Positions 1-33,657 of a stretch of DNA of 64,000 bases are shown here, one piece after another. Numbering within the stretch: position 1 is the stretch's first letter; every line of letters begins with the position of its first letter. The position numbers were made by a program, and so were the translations under genes. This stretch comes from the human T2T-CHM13v2.0 reference genome, Homo sapiens: NCBI RefSeq assembly GCF_009914755.1, contig NC_060931.1; one strand, written 5' to 3'. The notes beneath the pieces were generated by a model. The model did no database searches and had not been told where the DNA came from. It saw only the letters and a program-made list of their open reading frames with translations.

Positions 1-308
1 AAAAATCTAATTGTATAGAATATTGTTACAACCACACAGAAGAAAAAAAAAGAATCCCAAGAAATGTTGAACACAGTGCTGTCATTGTACACTCTAAGGA
101 CAAAAAGAACCACAAAAAATAATCTCACGCATCACTTAGAAAGTTTGTTTTTAGTCGGGATATTGTTAGTACAACTCCAAAAGCATATAGTGTATACTAT
201 AGGATTTAGCAGTAATCATTGATGTTGTCGGGGTAGGGACCAGAGTTCTAACTGTGGAAGAAAGGAGATAAAAATACGGAACTGGTGAAGCAAAAGAAGA
301 AACCCACT

Positions 309-2070
<1,762 letters not shown>

Positions 2071-2240
2071 GAGCGTTCTGTGGGTCAAATTCTCAAAGCA
2101 CTCCTGCGAAATAGGCCTGCCCATTTTGCAGAAGGGGAACGTGAGGCTTGGCGAAGTTAAAGTTACCGCTTTGTAAGCGCTGTAAAGATGAGAGGTTGGG
2201 TAGTGGGGAACGTGTAAGCATCTCTGAAATGGTGATTCAA

Positions 2241-2835
<595 letters not shown>

Positions 2836-2945
2836 AAACTGTTTCTGGGTGGAGGGGGGAACGAAAAAGAAAAAAACTGTTTCTGGACTAACCTGGACAG
2901 TTCTTGTGACAAAATTCATGTGGCATCATAACCACCAGAATATGA

Positions 2946-3140
<195 letters not shown>

Positions 3141-3297
3141 TAAATCACCACCATGTCCTGGGTCCTAAGCAAAAAAACATTTATCTCTCAGTAAAGATGT
3201 CTTGTCTCTCATCTGCTTTGAGCCAGGCATTTTGCTGGTCTGTAGGTATAACACGGTTTACACATTCCAAGAAAACAGTTAATGTCAATCCACTCTA

Positions 3298-3796
<499 letters not shown>

Positions 3797-4215
3797 GCTT
3801 GAACCCAAAGACAGGCTTGGAAACACGGGTAGGGATGAAGACTGGAGGTAAGGGAATGGGCAAAGAGGCTGCTGCAAAAGTCTAGGATGGAAATAAGGAC
3901 CTGAACTAAAGTTGATGTAGTGGGGATGGAGTGGAAAAAATATTTCAGGAAGGACAGAGTCATTGATTTGTTTGCTGTGCCCAGGGGACGGATAGGTGCC
4001 AAGGATGGTTTCACATCCAAAGTTCAGCACACAGGTGGGTACCAATGCTGGTCATTATCAAGGATTAGAAACACAGGAGCAAGCTGAAGAGTGACTGCAT
4101 GATCCTTGACCTTTGGGAGACCTTAGTTTGAATACTGACTCTTGTTTACCAGCTACACACATGGCTTAACCTCCCTGAACTTTTCTCATATGTACCTGCT
4201 GCAACAGGGTTGTTA

Positions 4216-4967
<752 letters not shown>

Positions 4968-5100
4968 AGCGGGAGTGGAAGAAGGATCTAAAGGGAAAAA
5001 CTGACATGTTTATGTTATGGAAAAAGAAATTTTTCTAAGTTTCATCACAAACTGTGTCCAGTTTCTCTGTGGTGTTCATGAAATAGCTAAAAGCAAATGA

Positions 5101-5106
5101 AGTAAA
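5101..5106 (+). terminator. MRPS17: Candidate proximal variant poly(A) signal AGTAAA of MRPS17
   Basis: Variant hexamer ~135 nt after the stop, followed by GT/T-rich sequence; I saw no AATAAA before the Alus. Confidence 0.45.
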
Positions 5107-5169
5107 GGGCATACTATGGTTTTTCACAAAGGTTTATGGTCGTGTTTCAAATTTTCATCATTTCAGTGA

Positions 5170-7145
<1,976 letters not shown>

Positions 7146-7851
7146 TTGATACATGTATTGTGTAAGCACAGGGTTTCCAGGATGATCACAGGCCTTGCCG
7201 GCCTCAGGGATCAATCTAGTTGGGGAGGTATGCACAGGTGCCTCCATGGCAAACAGGATATGGGTGAGGGTGAATTGAAGGTCACTTCTCAGGAGAGATG
7301 AGATGGTGCTAGAAGTAAGCATTGAAGCAAGAGTCTCCAGGACAGTAGATGATGGGGTGGAAAGGGCATTTGAGGCAGAGGAAAGGGAATGTAAAATCCA
7401 CAAAGTGAATGAAAGTATAACCAGGGCTTCCGGAAGCAGATGAGGATTGCTGCAACATTTTCAGCAGTGGTGGAACTCAGAAATAGGTGAAAGTAACTAT
7501 AAGTGATAGTGGCTGAACGTTTTAAAGAGTGACACAATTGCATTTGCATTTTAATAAAAGTGATTGCGTGATTGTAGAGAACAGACTGGAAGCGGACATG
7601 TTAGATAGAGGTGGGGAGACCACAGTTCAAAGACTGGTCCTAAGACCCAAACTGAGTTGTGCAGGGAAGGACTGAGTAACAGCAGTGAGGGACTGAATAA
7701 CAGGTTCCAAGGCAGAACTGGTGCCAGGGTAGGTGAAGGAAACGGAAGCATCTTAGACTGTCCAGGTCTCTGGCAGGTGGGGCTGTGGGACTGCTTAGCC
7801 TGGAAGGGTACATGAAAGTATCAGGCATCTCCCACAAAAAAGAATGAGTTC

Positions 7852-8451
<600 letters not shown>

Positions 8452-8630
8452 GAATGAGTTCATGTCCTTTGCAGGGACATGGATGAAGCTGGCCATAATT
8501 CTCAGCAAACTAACACAGGAACAGAAAACCAAACACCACATATTCTCATAAGTGGGAGTTGAACAATGAGAACACATGGACACAGGGAGGGGAACATCAC
8601 ACACGTGGACACAGGGAGGGAACCATCATA
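8452..8630 (+). mobile_element. Short L1PA ORF2-end/3' UTR fragment
   Basis: gagttcatgtcctttgcagggacatggatgaagctg...aacaatgagaacacatggacacagggagggg. Confidence 0.85.
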
Positions 8631-8891
8631 TGTGCCATAAGATTTGCAAGAAATCAAAAAGCATTTAAATATCCACATGGAAGTGAGGCAAGACTGATAT
8701 CGTAGAAAAGTCAAATCAGCCGGGTGCGGTGGCTCACACCTGTAATCCCAGCACTCTGGGAGGCCGAGGTGGGCAGATCACGAGGTCAGGAGTTCGAGAC
8801 CAGCCTGGCCAAAATGGTGAAACCCCGTCTCTACTAAAAATACAAAAATTAGCCGGGTATGAGGGCGCGCGCCTGTAATCCCAGCTACTCA

Positions 8892-9440
<549 letters not shown>

Positions 9441-9569
9441 CCCAAGGAGTAACCAGAGATTTTGAAAACACACTTGTGTAGTCTGATATCTGTGAAAATA
9501 ACATGCTTGGCTGTTTTTGCTTTGAGAGTACATATCACTAATAAGCAGCTTAAAAAAAAAGATCACCTT

Positions 9570-10177
9570 AGTTCAACCATTGTGGAAGACAGTGTGGCGA
9601 TTCCTCAAGAATCTAGAACCAGAAATACCATTTGATCCAGCAATCCCATTACTGGGTATGTACTCAAAGGATTATAAATCATTCTACTATAAATACACAT
9701 GCACACATATGTTTATTGCAGCGCTACTTACAATAGCAAAGACCTGGAACCAACCCAAATGCCCATCAATGATAGACTGGATAAAGAAAATGTGACACAT
9801 ATACACCATGGAATACTATGCAGCCATTAAAAAGAATGAGTTCATGTCCTTTACAGGGACATGGATGAAGCTGGAAACCATCATTCTCAGCAAACTAACA
9901 CAGGAACAGAAAACCAAACACTGCATGTTCTCACTCAAGTGGGAGTTGAACAATGAGAACACATCGACACAGGGCGAGGAACATCACACACCGGGGCCTG
10001 TTGGGGCAAGGGAAGGGAGACCATTAGGACAAATACCTAATGCATATGGGGCTTAAAACATAGATGATGGGTTGATAGGTGCAGCAAACCACCATGGCAC
10101 ATGTATACCTATGTAACAAACCTGCATGTTCTACACATGTATCCCAGAACTTAAAATTAAAAAAAAAATTAAAAATA
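9570..10177 (+). mobile_element. 5'-truncated L1PA (ORF2 C-terminus, 3' UTR, poly(A))
   Basis: ORF track shows WKTVWRFLKNLEPEIPFDPAIPLLG...WNQPKCPSMIDWIKKM; L1 3' UTR and A tail. Confidence 0.93.
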
Positions 10178-10300
10178 AAGCATCAGACATCTCCAAGTGG
10201 TGCTCCTAGCATATGGTGACACATGTGTCACCAGCTCTGGGATGGAGTCCAAGCCGTCTCTAAAATATTTTAAAGGTTTAAATATTTAAACATTTATAAA

Positions 10301-10966
<666 letters not shown>

Positions 10967-11389
10967 CATACTTTTTCCTGAGAGTCTTTGTATAAAACTT
11001 ATGCTCCAGGAAGACTTGCTATGTTTATTCTATGGCTTCAAATATCTGAAGCCACACAGCTGTGAAATCAGAGTACCCTCTTTTTCCCCAGTAAAAAGTC
11101 CTGAGTGAATGGAACTCCACAACAAAATGATAGTGGAGAAAAGCAATGCAGGCTAAGCAGGCTAATACTAAACACAAAAGCAAGGTCAGCAAAGAAGTGT
11201 CTAGCTACAGTTTATATTTCAGAATAAATTTAAAAGCAGGTGTCTCATGAAACAGAGCTGAGAAATTGGGGGCATTTGTGACAGTCACAGGAGCTCATCC
11301 ACCCTTAAAGAGGCCTGGCCTCCTGCTCTGTAGGGCTGGGCCAAGTCCTTGATACCCTGGAGAGAGCTCACTTCTGCCTCTCTTTGGAG

Positions 11390-12030
11390 TGTGAGAAACA
11401 CACTCACCCATTCAAACCCAAAGAATGGACTTAGAGGCATGAAGAACAGTGAAAGTGAGACTTTTTTTTTTTTTTTGAGAGTCTGTCTTGATCTGTCACT
11501 GAGGCTGGAGTGCAGCAGTGCGATCTCAGCTCATTGCTGAGCTGAGATCACCTCCCAGGTGAATCTCCATCTCCCAGGTTCAAATGATTTTCCTGCCTCA
11601 GCCTCCCGAGTAGCTAGGATTACAGGCATGCGCCACCACACCCGGCTAATTTTTGTATTTTTAGTAGAGATGGGGTTTCACCATGTTGGCCAGGCTGGTC
11701 TTGAACTCCTGACCTCAGGTGATCCACCAGCCTCAGCCCCCCAAAATGCTGGGATTATAGGCATGAGCCACCGCACCCGGACAAAAGTAAGACTTTTTAA
11801 TAATGGTTTTGCAAGATCGGATGTGTGATGGGCAGGCACACCCAGTGCAGTTTCAACAATTTATCCCCTAGAGCACAGGTCCCTCCCCAGTTCCTCACAG
11901 GCTGAGTAATATGGGGTTGCAGTCTTCCTGGACATCACCTAAGTTCCATTATCCCCTTATTAGGTTACATCTTGTCCTCTTCCCTACTTGAAGTTTCGAT
12001 TTCCCAATGGCTAAGCTTTCTTTCCTTTTA
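11390..12030 (-). mobile_element. ERV LTR remnant (MER61-like, family uncertain) interrupted by an antisense Alu at 11462-11781
   Basis: tgagaaacacactcacccattcaaacccaaagaatggacttagag resembles a recalled LTR end; Alu TSD aaagt(g/a)agactttt. Confidence 0.45.
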
Positions 12031-12509
12031 TGGATTAGACACCCCTGCCACTTTTCTCCCTCCCCTCTGACTTCTGTGAGTTTTATCACTCTTCCCAGAT
12101 GTCTGTACCCGTGCATCTTGTCACATCCACAAGGGAACTGCCCAGACTTGTCTGTTTTCTGAAAATGGACCACTTAAAAAGTACTTCTTACAGGGTTCTC
12201 CACAGCTTTACTAAGCATACACTAGTTGAGGCCAGGAGGTCCTCAGCCACACAGCCTCTGGCCTCCTATCCTTGTGTCCCTTGGCCTCCATCCCACTGGC
12301 CTCCAAGGGACAGGTGCCTTTCCCTGCTCTGGGGCAAAGCCCTCCTCCATCCACAGGGTCCACCTCTGTCCTCCCTGGTGGCTCCTTGCCATATTAACGT
12401 GTTCAAATTCTACCCCAGTCAGAAAACTGCACCCCTTGAGCCCTGATGCTCCCTTGGCCCCCAAGATTACCAGCTTCAGGGAACCTCCCAGTTTTTGTCC
12501 ACCTTATGA

Positions 12510-13969
<1,460 letters not shown>

Positions 13970-14129
13970 TGACAATATATTCATATACTACAAAATTTAA
14001 AAGACATTGGCGGGGTGGGGTGGGGGTAAACCCACTGCCACTGCCCCGCCCCAGGCCCTGGATTCCCCTAGGCACAGTGTTACTCTTTCCTTTTGGAGTT
14101 TTCCCTGATCATTGAAGTTATGCCCTTGT

Positions 14130-15010
14130 CCCTTCTGCACCCGCGCTTCTGGGCACCGAGCTCCTCCCGCTGAAGTGATCGGCTTGCACTGACTGCGCTT
14201 GGGCTTCGCGCTTTCCCGCAGCGGCCGGGCCTTGGCGCCTGGACGCCCCGCCGACCCCCGCGGCCGCGCGCCCTGCTCCCCCTGGCGGCCGCGCCCCGCA
14301 CTGCAGTGGCCGCGTTGGGGCCCGGCCGGGGGAGGGGTCGCGCGGCGGCGGCGTCAGCGGCGGCGCCCGGGCGGTGGGAGCCGAGGCGCCGAGCAAGATG
14401 GCGGCGCGAGTGCTGCGCGCCCGCGGAGCGGCCTGGGCCGGCGGCCTCCTGCAGCGGGCGGCCCCCTGCAGCCTCCTGCCCAGGCTCCGGTGAGCAGCGC
14501 CGCCCTTCCCGGGAGGTGCCGGGGAGGGGCCGCCGCGAGGCGGAGGGCGCGGGTTTCCCGGCGCCGGTCTCCGCCCCGGCCCTGTCCCCAGCGCGGGTGG
14601 CTGCCCGGCCTCGGGGCAGTGGGGCCGGAGCTGGGGTGGGGCCGGAGCTGGGGCGGGGTCGGGGCGTCCTCGGGCTCAAGGTCACGGAGGGGACGGGCCG
14701 CTCTGCGGCTCCACCCTCGCCCGGGAAGGCCCCCGAGGCTTGGCCCGGAGGCCACATCCTCCCCGCGGCGCTGGCCCGGCCTGCAGGGCCCTGACCGGCG
14801 CGACCCGTGGCCAGGGACAGGGACAGCGCGCGCCTGAGGCCGCAGGCCCCGGACGCCGTCTGCTGGGTCCTCGCCGGAGGCTGTTCCAAGCCTGAGTGGC
14901 TGCGTCTGCCGAGGACGTTGGTGACCCTGGTCTCTGAGGTGCCGGGAGTAGGGAATAAAAGAGTAAAGCATTGTCCCGGGCCAGCTCTCCGCGGAGCGTA
15001 GAGGAAGTTA
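14130..15010 (+). promoter_or_regulatory. NIPSNAP2: NIPSNAP2 CpG-island promoter, exon 1 and start of intron 1
   Basis: Very high GC/CpG content, GC boxes, YY1-type motif caagATGgcggc at 14394-14405. Confidence 0.9.
14398..14489 (+). CDS. NIPSNAP2: NIPSNAP2 (GBAS) exon 1, Arg-rich mitochondrial presequence
   Basis: Strong Kozak aagATGg; MAARVLRARGAAWAGGLLQRAAPCSLLPRL(R); donor CG|gtgagc, phase 2. Confidence 0.95.
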
Positions 15011-15344
15011 GAGCTTGGAGGAGGTCAAATCACTTAACGTCTTGGAGTTGAAATTTAAAGCCGGCCGTGGATCTAAAAGTACTTAGAGTTATCAGCACTA
15101 AGTTCAGGCGTGGGGCTCTTGTTTAAACTTTTTTTTTTTTCTAACTTCAGTGGATTGGACGTTTGGTTGTCCAAATTCATCACCTTGATATTTGCATGTG
15201 CTGTTTTCCACATTCAAACAGCAAAGCCTATCCTGACTTACCCAGAGTTGCTTTCTCGTATTCATTGCTTTGGGTAGTTTAAATTACCTAAGGAACTGTG
15301 TGTTAAACTCGCCATGGGCCAGGGAGGTTTCAGTAACATGGTTT

Positions 15345-27640
<12,296 letters not shown>

Positions 27641-27914
27641 ATGTATATTTTTTCTGTGTCAAAAATTGCTTTGAAAAACACATAGTGCAAATTGCAAAGA
27701 TAAATGTGGGCTCTCTTATAGGAGTGCCACACATTTTACATTTTTCTTTGCTTCTGCTTCTTGGAGTGCATGCTGTTGTCATGGAAAGCAGGCATTCTTT
27801 GGTAGCCCAGGTTCTGGAACGGTGCCTAGAATAGCTGCTCACTGTGTTTGCCAGATTAACTGATGGATATATGAAAACAGTATACTGCGTGACAACACCT
27901 TTGTTATTCCATAG

Positions 27915-28054
27915 GACATGGACATCTTCCAGCAACAGATCTCGAGAAGACAGCTGGCTAAAATCCTTATTTGTCCGGAAAGTTGATCCAAGAAAAGATG
28001 CCCACTCCAATCTCCTAGCCAAAAAGGAAACAAGCAATCTATACAAATTACAGT
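27915..28054 (+). CDS. NIPSNAP2: NIPSNAP2 exon 2
   Basis: ccatag| [46 protein letters not shown] |gtgagt; 140 nt. Confidence 0.96.
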
Positions 28055-28138
28055 GTGAGTGACAGGTTTGCTATCTTCATAGTTGACTTTTTTTCCCCTT
28101 TGTTCCTAAGTTTATCGTTGAATTTTCTTTTGTTTCAG

Positions 28139-28184
28139 TTCACAATGTTAAACCGGAATGCCTAGAAGCATACAACAAAATTTG
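28139..28184 (+). CDS. NIPSNAP2: NIPSNAP2 exon 3
   Basis: tttcag| FHNVKPECLEAYNKI(C) |gtgtgt; 46 nt, after an 84-nt intron. Confidence 0.95.
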
Positions 28185-30157
28185 GTGTGTATACCAAACT
28201 ATCCTTTACTTGGGGAAAAATAATGACTTTATTTGTTAGTTAATTCCACTAACACTTGATAGCATAGAGAGAGATCTTTCATCCCTCTCTTTTGAAGCTG
28301 AACATTCAGAGGCTCTTAAACTGAGCTTCATGTGGGATTGCCGAAGGCGTTTTGATTTTAAGCACTCACACAGCTAAATCATCATATAGGCTATCAGACT
28401 TTAGAATGTTACCAGACTCTTGTGTTTGGAGGAACTTTGCCAGGCTGTCTAGTCCATCTACTTATCCAGTGCTGGAGTCCTTTCCACAGACCTTCCTGAC
28501 TGCCTGTCCTGAAGTAAGTTCCATCTCTGGACAGCTCTGAGTGTTAGGAATAAGAATTCACATCTCTGAGTCCTTCATTGATTCCCCTAAGTAAAACTGC
28601 CCTGTGAGAGTCCTGTATGTATTTGAACATAGCTGCCATTTCTTCCCAACTCCTCTGTTCTCCAGGATCCAAGTCCCTTCCGCTGATTCTCCTATGATTT
28701 GCGATCTAAACCTGCTTACAGAATTTGTAAACTTTAAGACGAAAGGGGAGAACTAAGCTTACCAGCTTTTAAGTTAACAGAAATAGTATTTTAATGACCC
28801 ATGGTGAGCAAATGTGAAGAAAAAGGTTTTTAGTTTTGTTTTGTTTTTACCTTTAATATCTACTACGTTCTTAAGAAAGCAAACAATTTTGTCCCTATAA
28901 TCAGCATACTTTTTAGAAGAAAAACCTTTTGTTTTTTATTGTTTTGTTTTTGAAGATAGCTTATGAAATGTAACAATAGCATTGAATTTCTTGCTCATTC
29001 CAGCACATTTCTCTTTATTAAAAAATGCCCTTAAAACAAAGCAGATGTTTATTTCTAAGTCTTTTCTCATAAAAATGGAATTTTTCCCTATGCCGATGTT
29101 GTCCTGGATTACCTTTTTTGTCCTGTCTTATCACTTCGTCTCCTGTCTCGGGTTTCTGGCTGTCTGTTCCTATTTCTATTTGATGTTGTGCTCTCACTTC
29201 ACACCCAGCATGTAGAATCACCTTGCTCTTCCAACTTCCCTGTCTGTGCCACTCACCTTGTTTTACTCAGCCCGTTCCTTAGTTCTCTGTGGTGAATCTG
29301 TCACCTAAGCCGTGCATTCTTCATCGGACATGTATTTTGGTTCTCTTGTTTCCTTCTCCATCTCTCTCTCCAAGCCTCTCGAGCCCCATTCCCAAGTAGC
29401 TTTTTTTCTGACTACCTTTCTGGGCTCCAAGCTATACCTGTGTCTCCTTCCTGCCCTGCAATACATTACCCCAAAGTTTGTCAGATTGATCTGCTTGAGT
29501 TCTGTTTTCTTTTTTCATCACGTTTTTTCTTTTCTCTGAAACTTTCAGCAGCTCCCTGTTTGCAGAACATAAAGACTTAACTCCTGCCTGGTTTTTAGGG
29601 GTCCCAATAATGGGATTCTGCCCAACCCATCCAGTTCTGGGTACAAGTACTGCCTGCCTTACAATCTTCATTCAGGTAAGGCCAGGGCTCCTAAGAGCAG
29701 GTTTGGGGTCCCCAGCAAAGAGGAGTGGCTACAAATCCATGCGTGACTTTGTGTTGGTGAAAAACCTGGGCCCCGTTGCCAGGCCCCTTTCTGGACCCCA
29801 CCTGAATCATGTGTACTGGGCTTCCTCCTGGGCACTGCCTCCAATGCAGGGTTGTCTATTCCTGCTCATGTCATGCGACGAAAAGGAAATGTTGGACATA
29901 CATTTCCCTAGCAGAATCCCTCTTTCCCTGTCCTCGATTTTCATTGATCCCATGTTATTTCTGAACATTCATGAGTCACGCATCAGATACATTTAATATC
30001 AGATCCTAATTTAAAAAGTAAATGCTACTCTTCCAAAAGTACACATAATGTGGTCACTATACTGGGTCATAAAGATGTATGGGTTTTCAGTTAGTTAGAC
30101 TTAGACCGTTTTGGAACTTTTCTCTGTTAACCATTTATGTATCCCTGGTCGTATGGA

Positions 30158-30195
30158 GCTCCAGTGGTGCAGTCGGTTAGCACATGGTACTTACA
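30158..30195 (+). pseudogene. tRNA-Ile(UAU) 5'-half pseudogene
   Basis: gctccagtggtgcagtcggttagcacatggtacttaca matches recalled tRNA-Ile-TAT 5' exon GCTCCAGTGGCGCAATCGGTTAGCGCGCGGTACTTATA at 32/38; no 3' half follows. Confidence 0.8.
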
Positions 30196-31261
30196 TACCC
30201 TTGGTCCTGTAGCCCCAGCATCTGGTGGTGATCACTAGCTAAATATCAGAGTCAGCAAATAGTGTGAACAGGTTCCATTTCTTGCCCTTGATCCCCTTTT
30301 GCATCCATTGTTGAATCTGTATGATACTTTTTCATCATAATTTTTCTATTCAAAAAGTGTGCAGGTTTTAGCTTTTCTCTTGGTGTAAAACAGTTACACT
30401 CTTCCCTTTGCCTTTCCCTGTACATTAGAATCTATACCATAGGAAAGCTTCCATGGAACCAAGCTCCACTCTGACACCCCTGTTAAATTCATACACTGCC
30501 GTGACCTGTCATGGCTTTGTCCCTGTCCCTGCACAATGCGCGGGAATGAATTGGTTGGTGTGTTCGGTGCGAGACTACGTGACACCCCTCCCATCCCCTT
30601 GGCCCATTGAATTGAGTAGAACATAATTTATGCTTCGCATTGTATCTTTAATTTTTATTCTTCTGCCATGTTGATGCCCTTGGGGAGTATTGGAGGTTGG
30701 AGTCGCTTCCAGACTATGTTGTGTTCCAGCTGTCTTCTTGCTCCTTCCTGAAGGCCAGCTTGTTCTCTGCTCCTGTTACCTCTGCCTGCTGGTACTGCTT
30801 GTGTTGTCTGCCTCTGTCTTGAACATTACTTTCCTCCCTTTCCATCTTCCTTATTTCTTCTGTGTTCTTTTCTACTATTCCCCGTCTCTCATTCTTCTGT
30901 CTTTGGAACCAACAGAATGTTTTTTGGTGATGTCGTTTTTTTTCCCCTCAAATGGAAAATAGTAGACCCATAGCTCCCAAAATCCTGGGACCTTTGGTTT
31001 TTCTTTATCATCATTATACTGATTGAACAACTCTTCTAGATAGTTGGGGTATCAGAAACCTAAGCTTCTGATCAGCAGGGTGTTGGAATACAACATAATT
31101 CAGCTAAAAGGTTAACTCCACATGCCGTTTTATCATGATGTTCTAAGGTCAGTTGTTAGAACACAGAGTAGGTGGTCTTTTTCCTGTTACTGATCAGGTG
31201 CTGTCCACCTGGTCAAATTTTGCTGGTTGTTTAATTAGTGTTGCTGTTTCTTCTCTTTAAG

Positions 31262-31356
31262 TCAAGAGGTGTTGCCAAAGATTCACGAAGATAAACACTA
31301 CCCTTGTACTTTGGTGGGGACTTGGAACACGTGGTATGGCGAGCAGGACCAAGCTG
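31262..31356 (+). CDS. NIPSNAP2: NIPSNAP2 exon 4
   Basis: tttaag| [31 protein letters not shown] |gtagga; 95 nt. Confidence 0.95.
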
Positions 31357-31665
31357 GTAGGAAGCGAAGTCTTTGGAATAAACACTTCTTCCTTAAGCCT
31401 TATGTAACACTTAAGTAATTTTCTAATTTAATGCTTGTTCTTATCATCAAAGCTTTCCAAGTCTCAGTCTAATTTTATGATTAAAGTAGTTTCTTCAACA
31501 ATTCATTGCGAAAATGGTTTTAAAATTGTTTTTAATGTTTGAATCTATTATTGAACCATTATGATGTAACTCATAGGCCAAAACATGGGGCATTACAGTT
31601 TTTTTGTTTTTTGAGACAGAGTCTTGCTCTGTTGCCCAGGCTGGAGTGCAGTGATGAGTATCTAG

Positions 31666-31965
<300 letters not shown>

Positions 31966-31998
31966 TAAACGTATACTGTCTTTTAAAATGCATTTCAG

Positions 31999-32069
31999 TC
32001 CACCTCTGGAGGTATGAAGGAGGCTATCCAGCCCTCACAGAAGTCATGAATAAACTCAGAGAAAATAAG
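31999..32069 (+). CDS. NIPSNAP2: NIPSNAP2 exon 5
   Basis: tttcag| [24 protein letters not shown] |gtaatg; 71 nt. Confidence 0.95.
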
Positions 32070-32318
32070 GTAATGATATTGAAAAATGTTTACTTAGACT
32101 AATGATATATAGATGTTAGTACAGAATTAAATGACTTTTCTGTCTTCAGTTTTTGTTAATAAACTTCATTTTTTTGTAACAGAAATTTTATTGTTTGGAC
32201 TCCTGAAGTTGTATTTAAACATAAACAGTTGTAATACTATTCAAACAACAATTCTGACCGGGCGCGGTGGCTCACGCCTGTAATCCCAGCACTTTGGGAG
32301 GCCAAGGCAGGCGGATCA

Positions 32319-32645
<327 letters not shown>

Positions 32646-33290
32646 TCATGCTTGTAATCCCAGCACTTTGGGAGGCCAAGGCAGGCATATCAGTTGAGGC
32701 CAGGAGTTTGAGACCAGCGTGGCCAACATGGCAAAACCTCATCTCTACTAAAAATACAAAAATTAGCCGAGCATGGTGGTGCACAACTGTAATCCCAGCC
32801 ACTCGGGAGGCTGAGGCACGAGAATTGCTTGAACCCAGAAGGCAGAGGTTGCAGTGTGCCGAGACTACACCGCTGCACTACAGCCTGGGCAGCAGAGTGA
32901 GACTCTGCCTCAAAAAAACAACACAAAAAAAACCCCCAAAAGACTGGTGACTGGTGTATCAATCAGCATGGCAGGCACAATTAGCTCTGGATGACCTAAA
33001 ACTGTCTAATTCAGGAACTGTTTGTCACACACATAGAGTTTATCTTGGGCTGACTTTGCTTTCCACCCTCCCTTCACTAGCAGGTGTTTGTCAATAGGGA
33101 GAAATTTAAAAGCCACACATCATTAAGAAAGAAATTCTTTTGTATAGATTCCCAGACAAATATAAATAGGTTTTGAATTATCTGCTCTTTTGTAGTCTGC
33201 ATGCTACTTCTATTGATGTGCCATCAAACACTGTTAGAAGAATCTAAAAATATAGCAAATTAAATTTGTTTGCATTGCCACCTAAATAAT

Positions 33291-33425
33291 TAGGATGACC
33301 AAGTAATTTGTCATCTAAACCTGGACACTTTTGAGAATGAAAAGGAATGCTGTTAATGATTATGCAAGCTCAACAGATGTAAACTGGGACTGTCTCAGGC
33401 CAACTGGGACCTGTTGATTACCCTA
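33291..33425. mobile_element. MER94-like hAT MITE
   Basis: ~135 bp with degenerate TIRs taggatgacc/gattacccta and internal ggacacttttgag...aaactgggactgtc. Confidence 0.7.
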
Positions 33426-33516
33426 TTATAGTATTCTGTAGGAACATCAATGTTACTGAAATGGGCTTATATGTAAGTATCAGAAGATTTCATGAGCACA
33501 TTTTTTTCACTCAAAG

Positions 33517-33657
33517 GAATTTTTGGAATTTCGTAAGGCAAGAAGTGACATGCTTCTCTCCAGGAAGAATCAGCTCCTGTTGGAGTTCAGTTTCTGGAAT
33601 GAGCCTGTGCCAAGATCCGGACCTAATATATATGAACTCAGGTCTTACCAACTCCGA
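33517..33657 (+). CDS. NIPSNAP2: NIPSNAP2 exon 6
   Basis: tcaaag| [47 protein letters not shown] |gtaagt; 141 nt. Confidence 0.95.

Noticed and set aside
14080-15001. Long overlapping ORFs (162-269 aa) on both strands
   Set aside because: They reflect stop-codon depletion in a GC-rich CpG island; only 14398-14489 has splice and protein support.
30158-30240. Functional tRNA gene
   Set aside because: No T arm/B box, 3' acceptor strand or Pol III terminator, and the anticodon is mutated.
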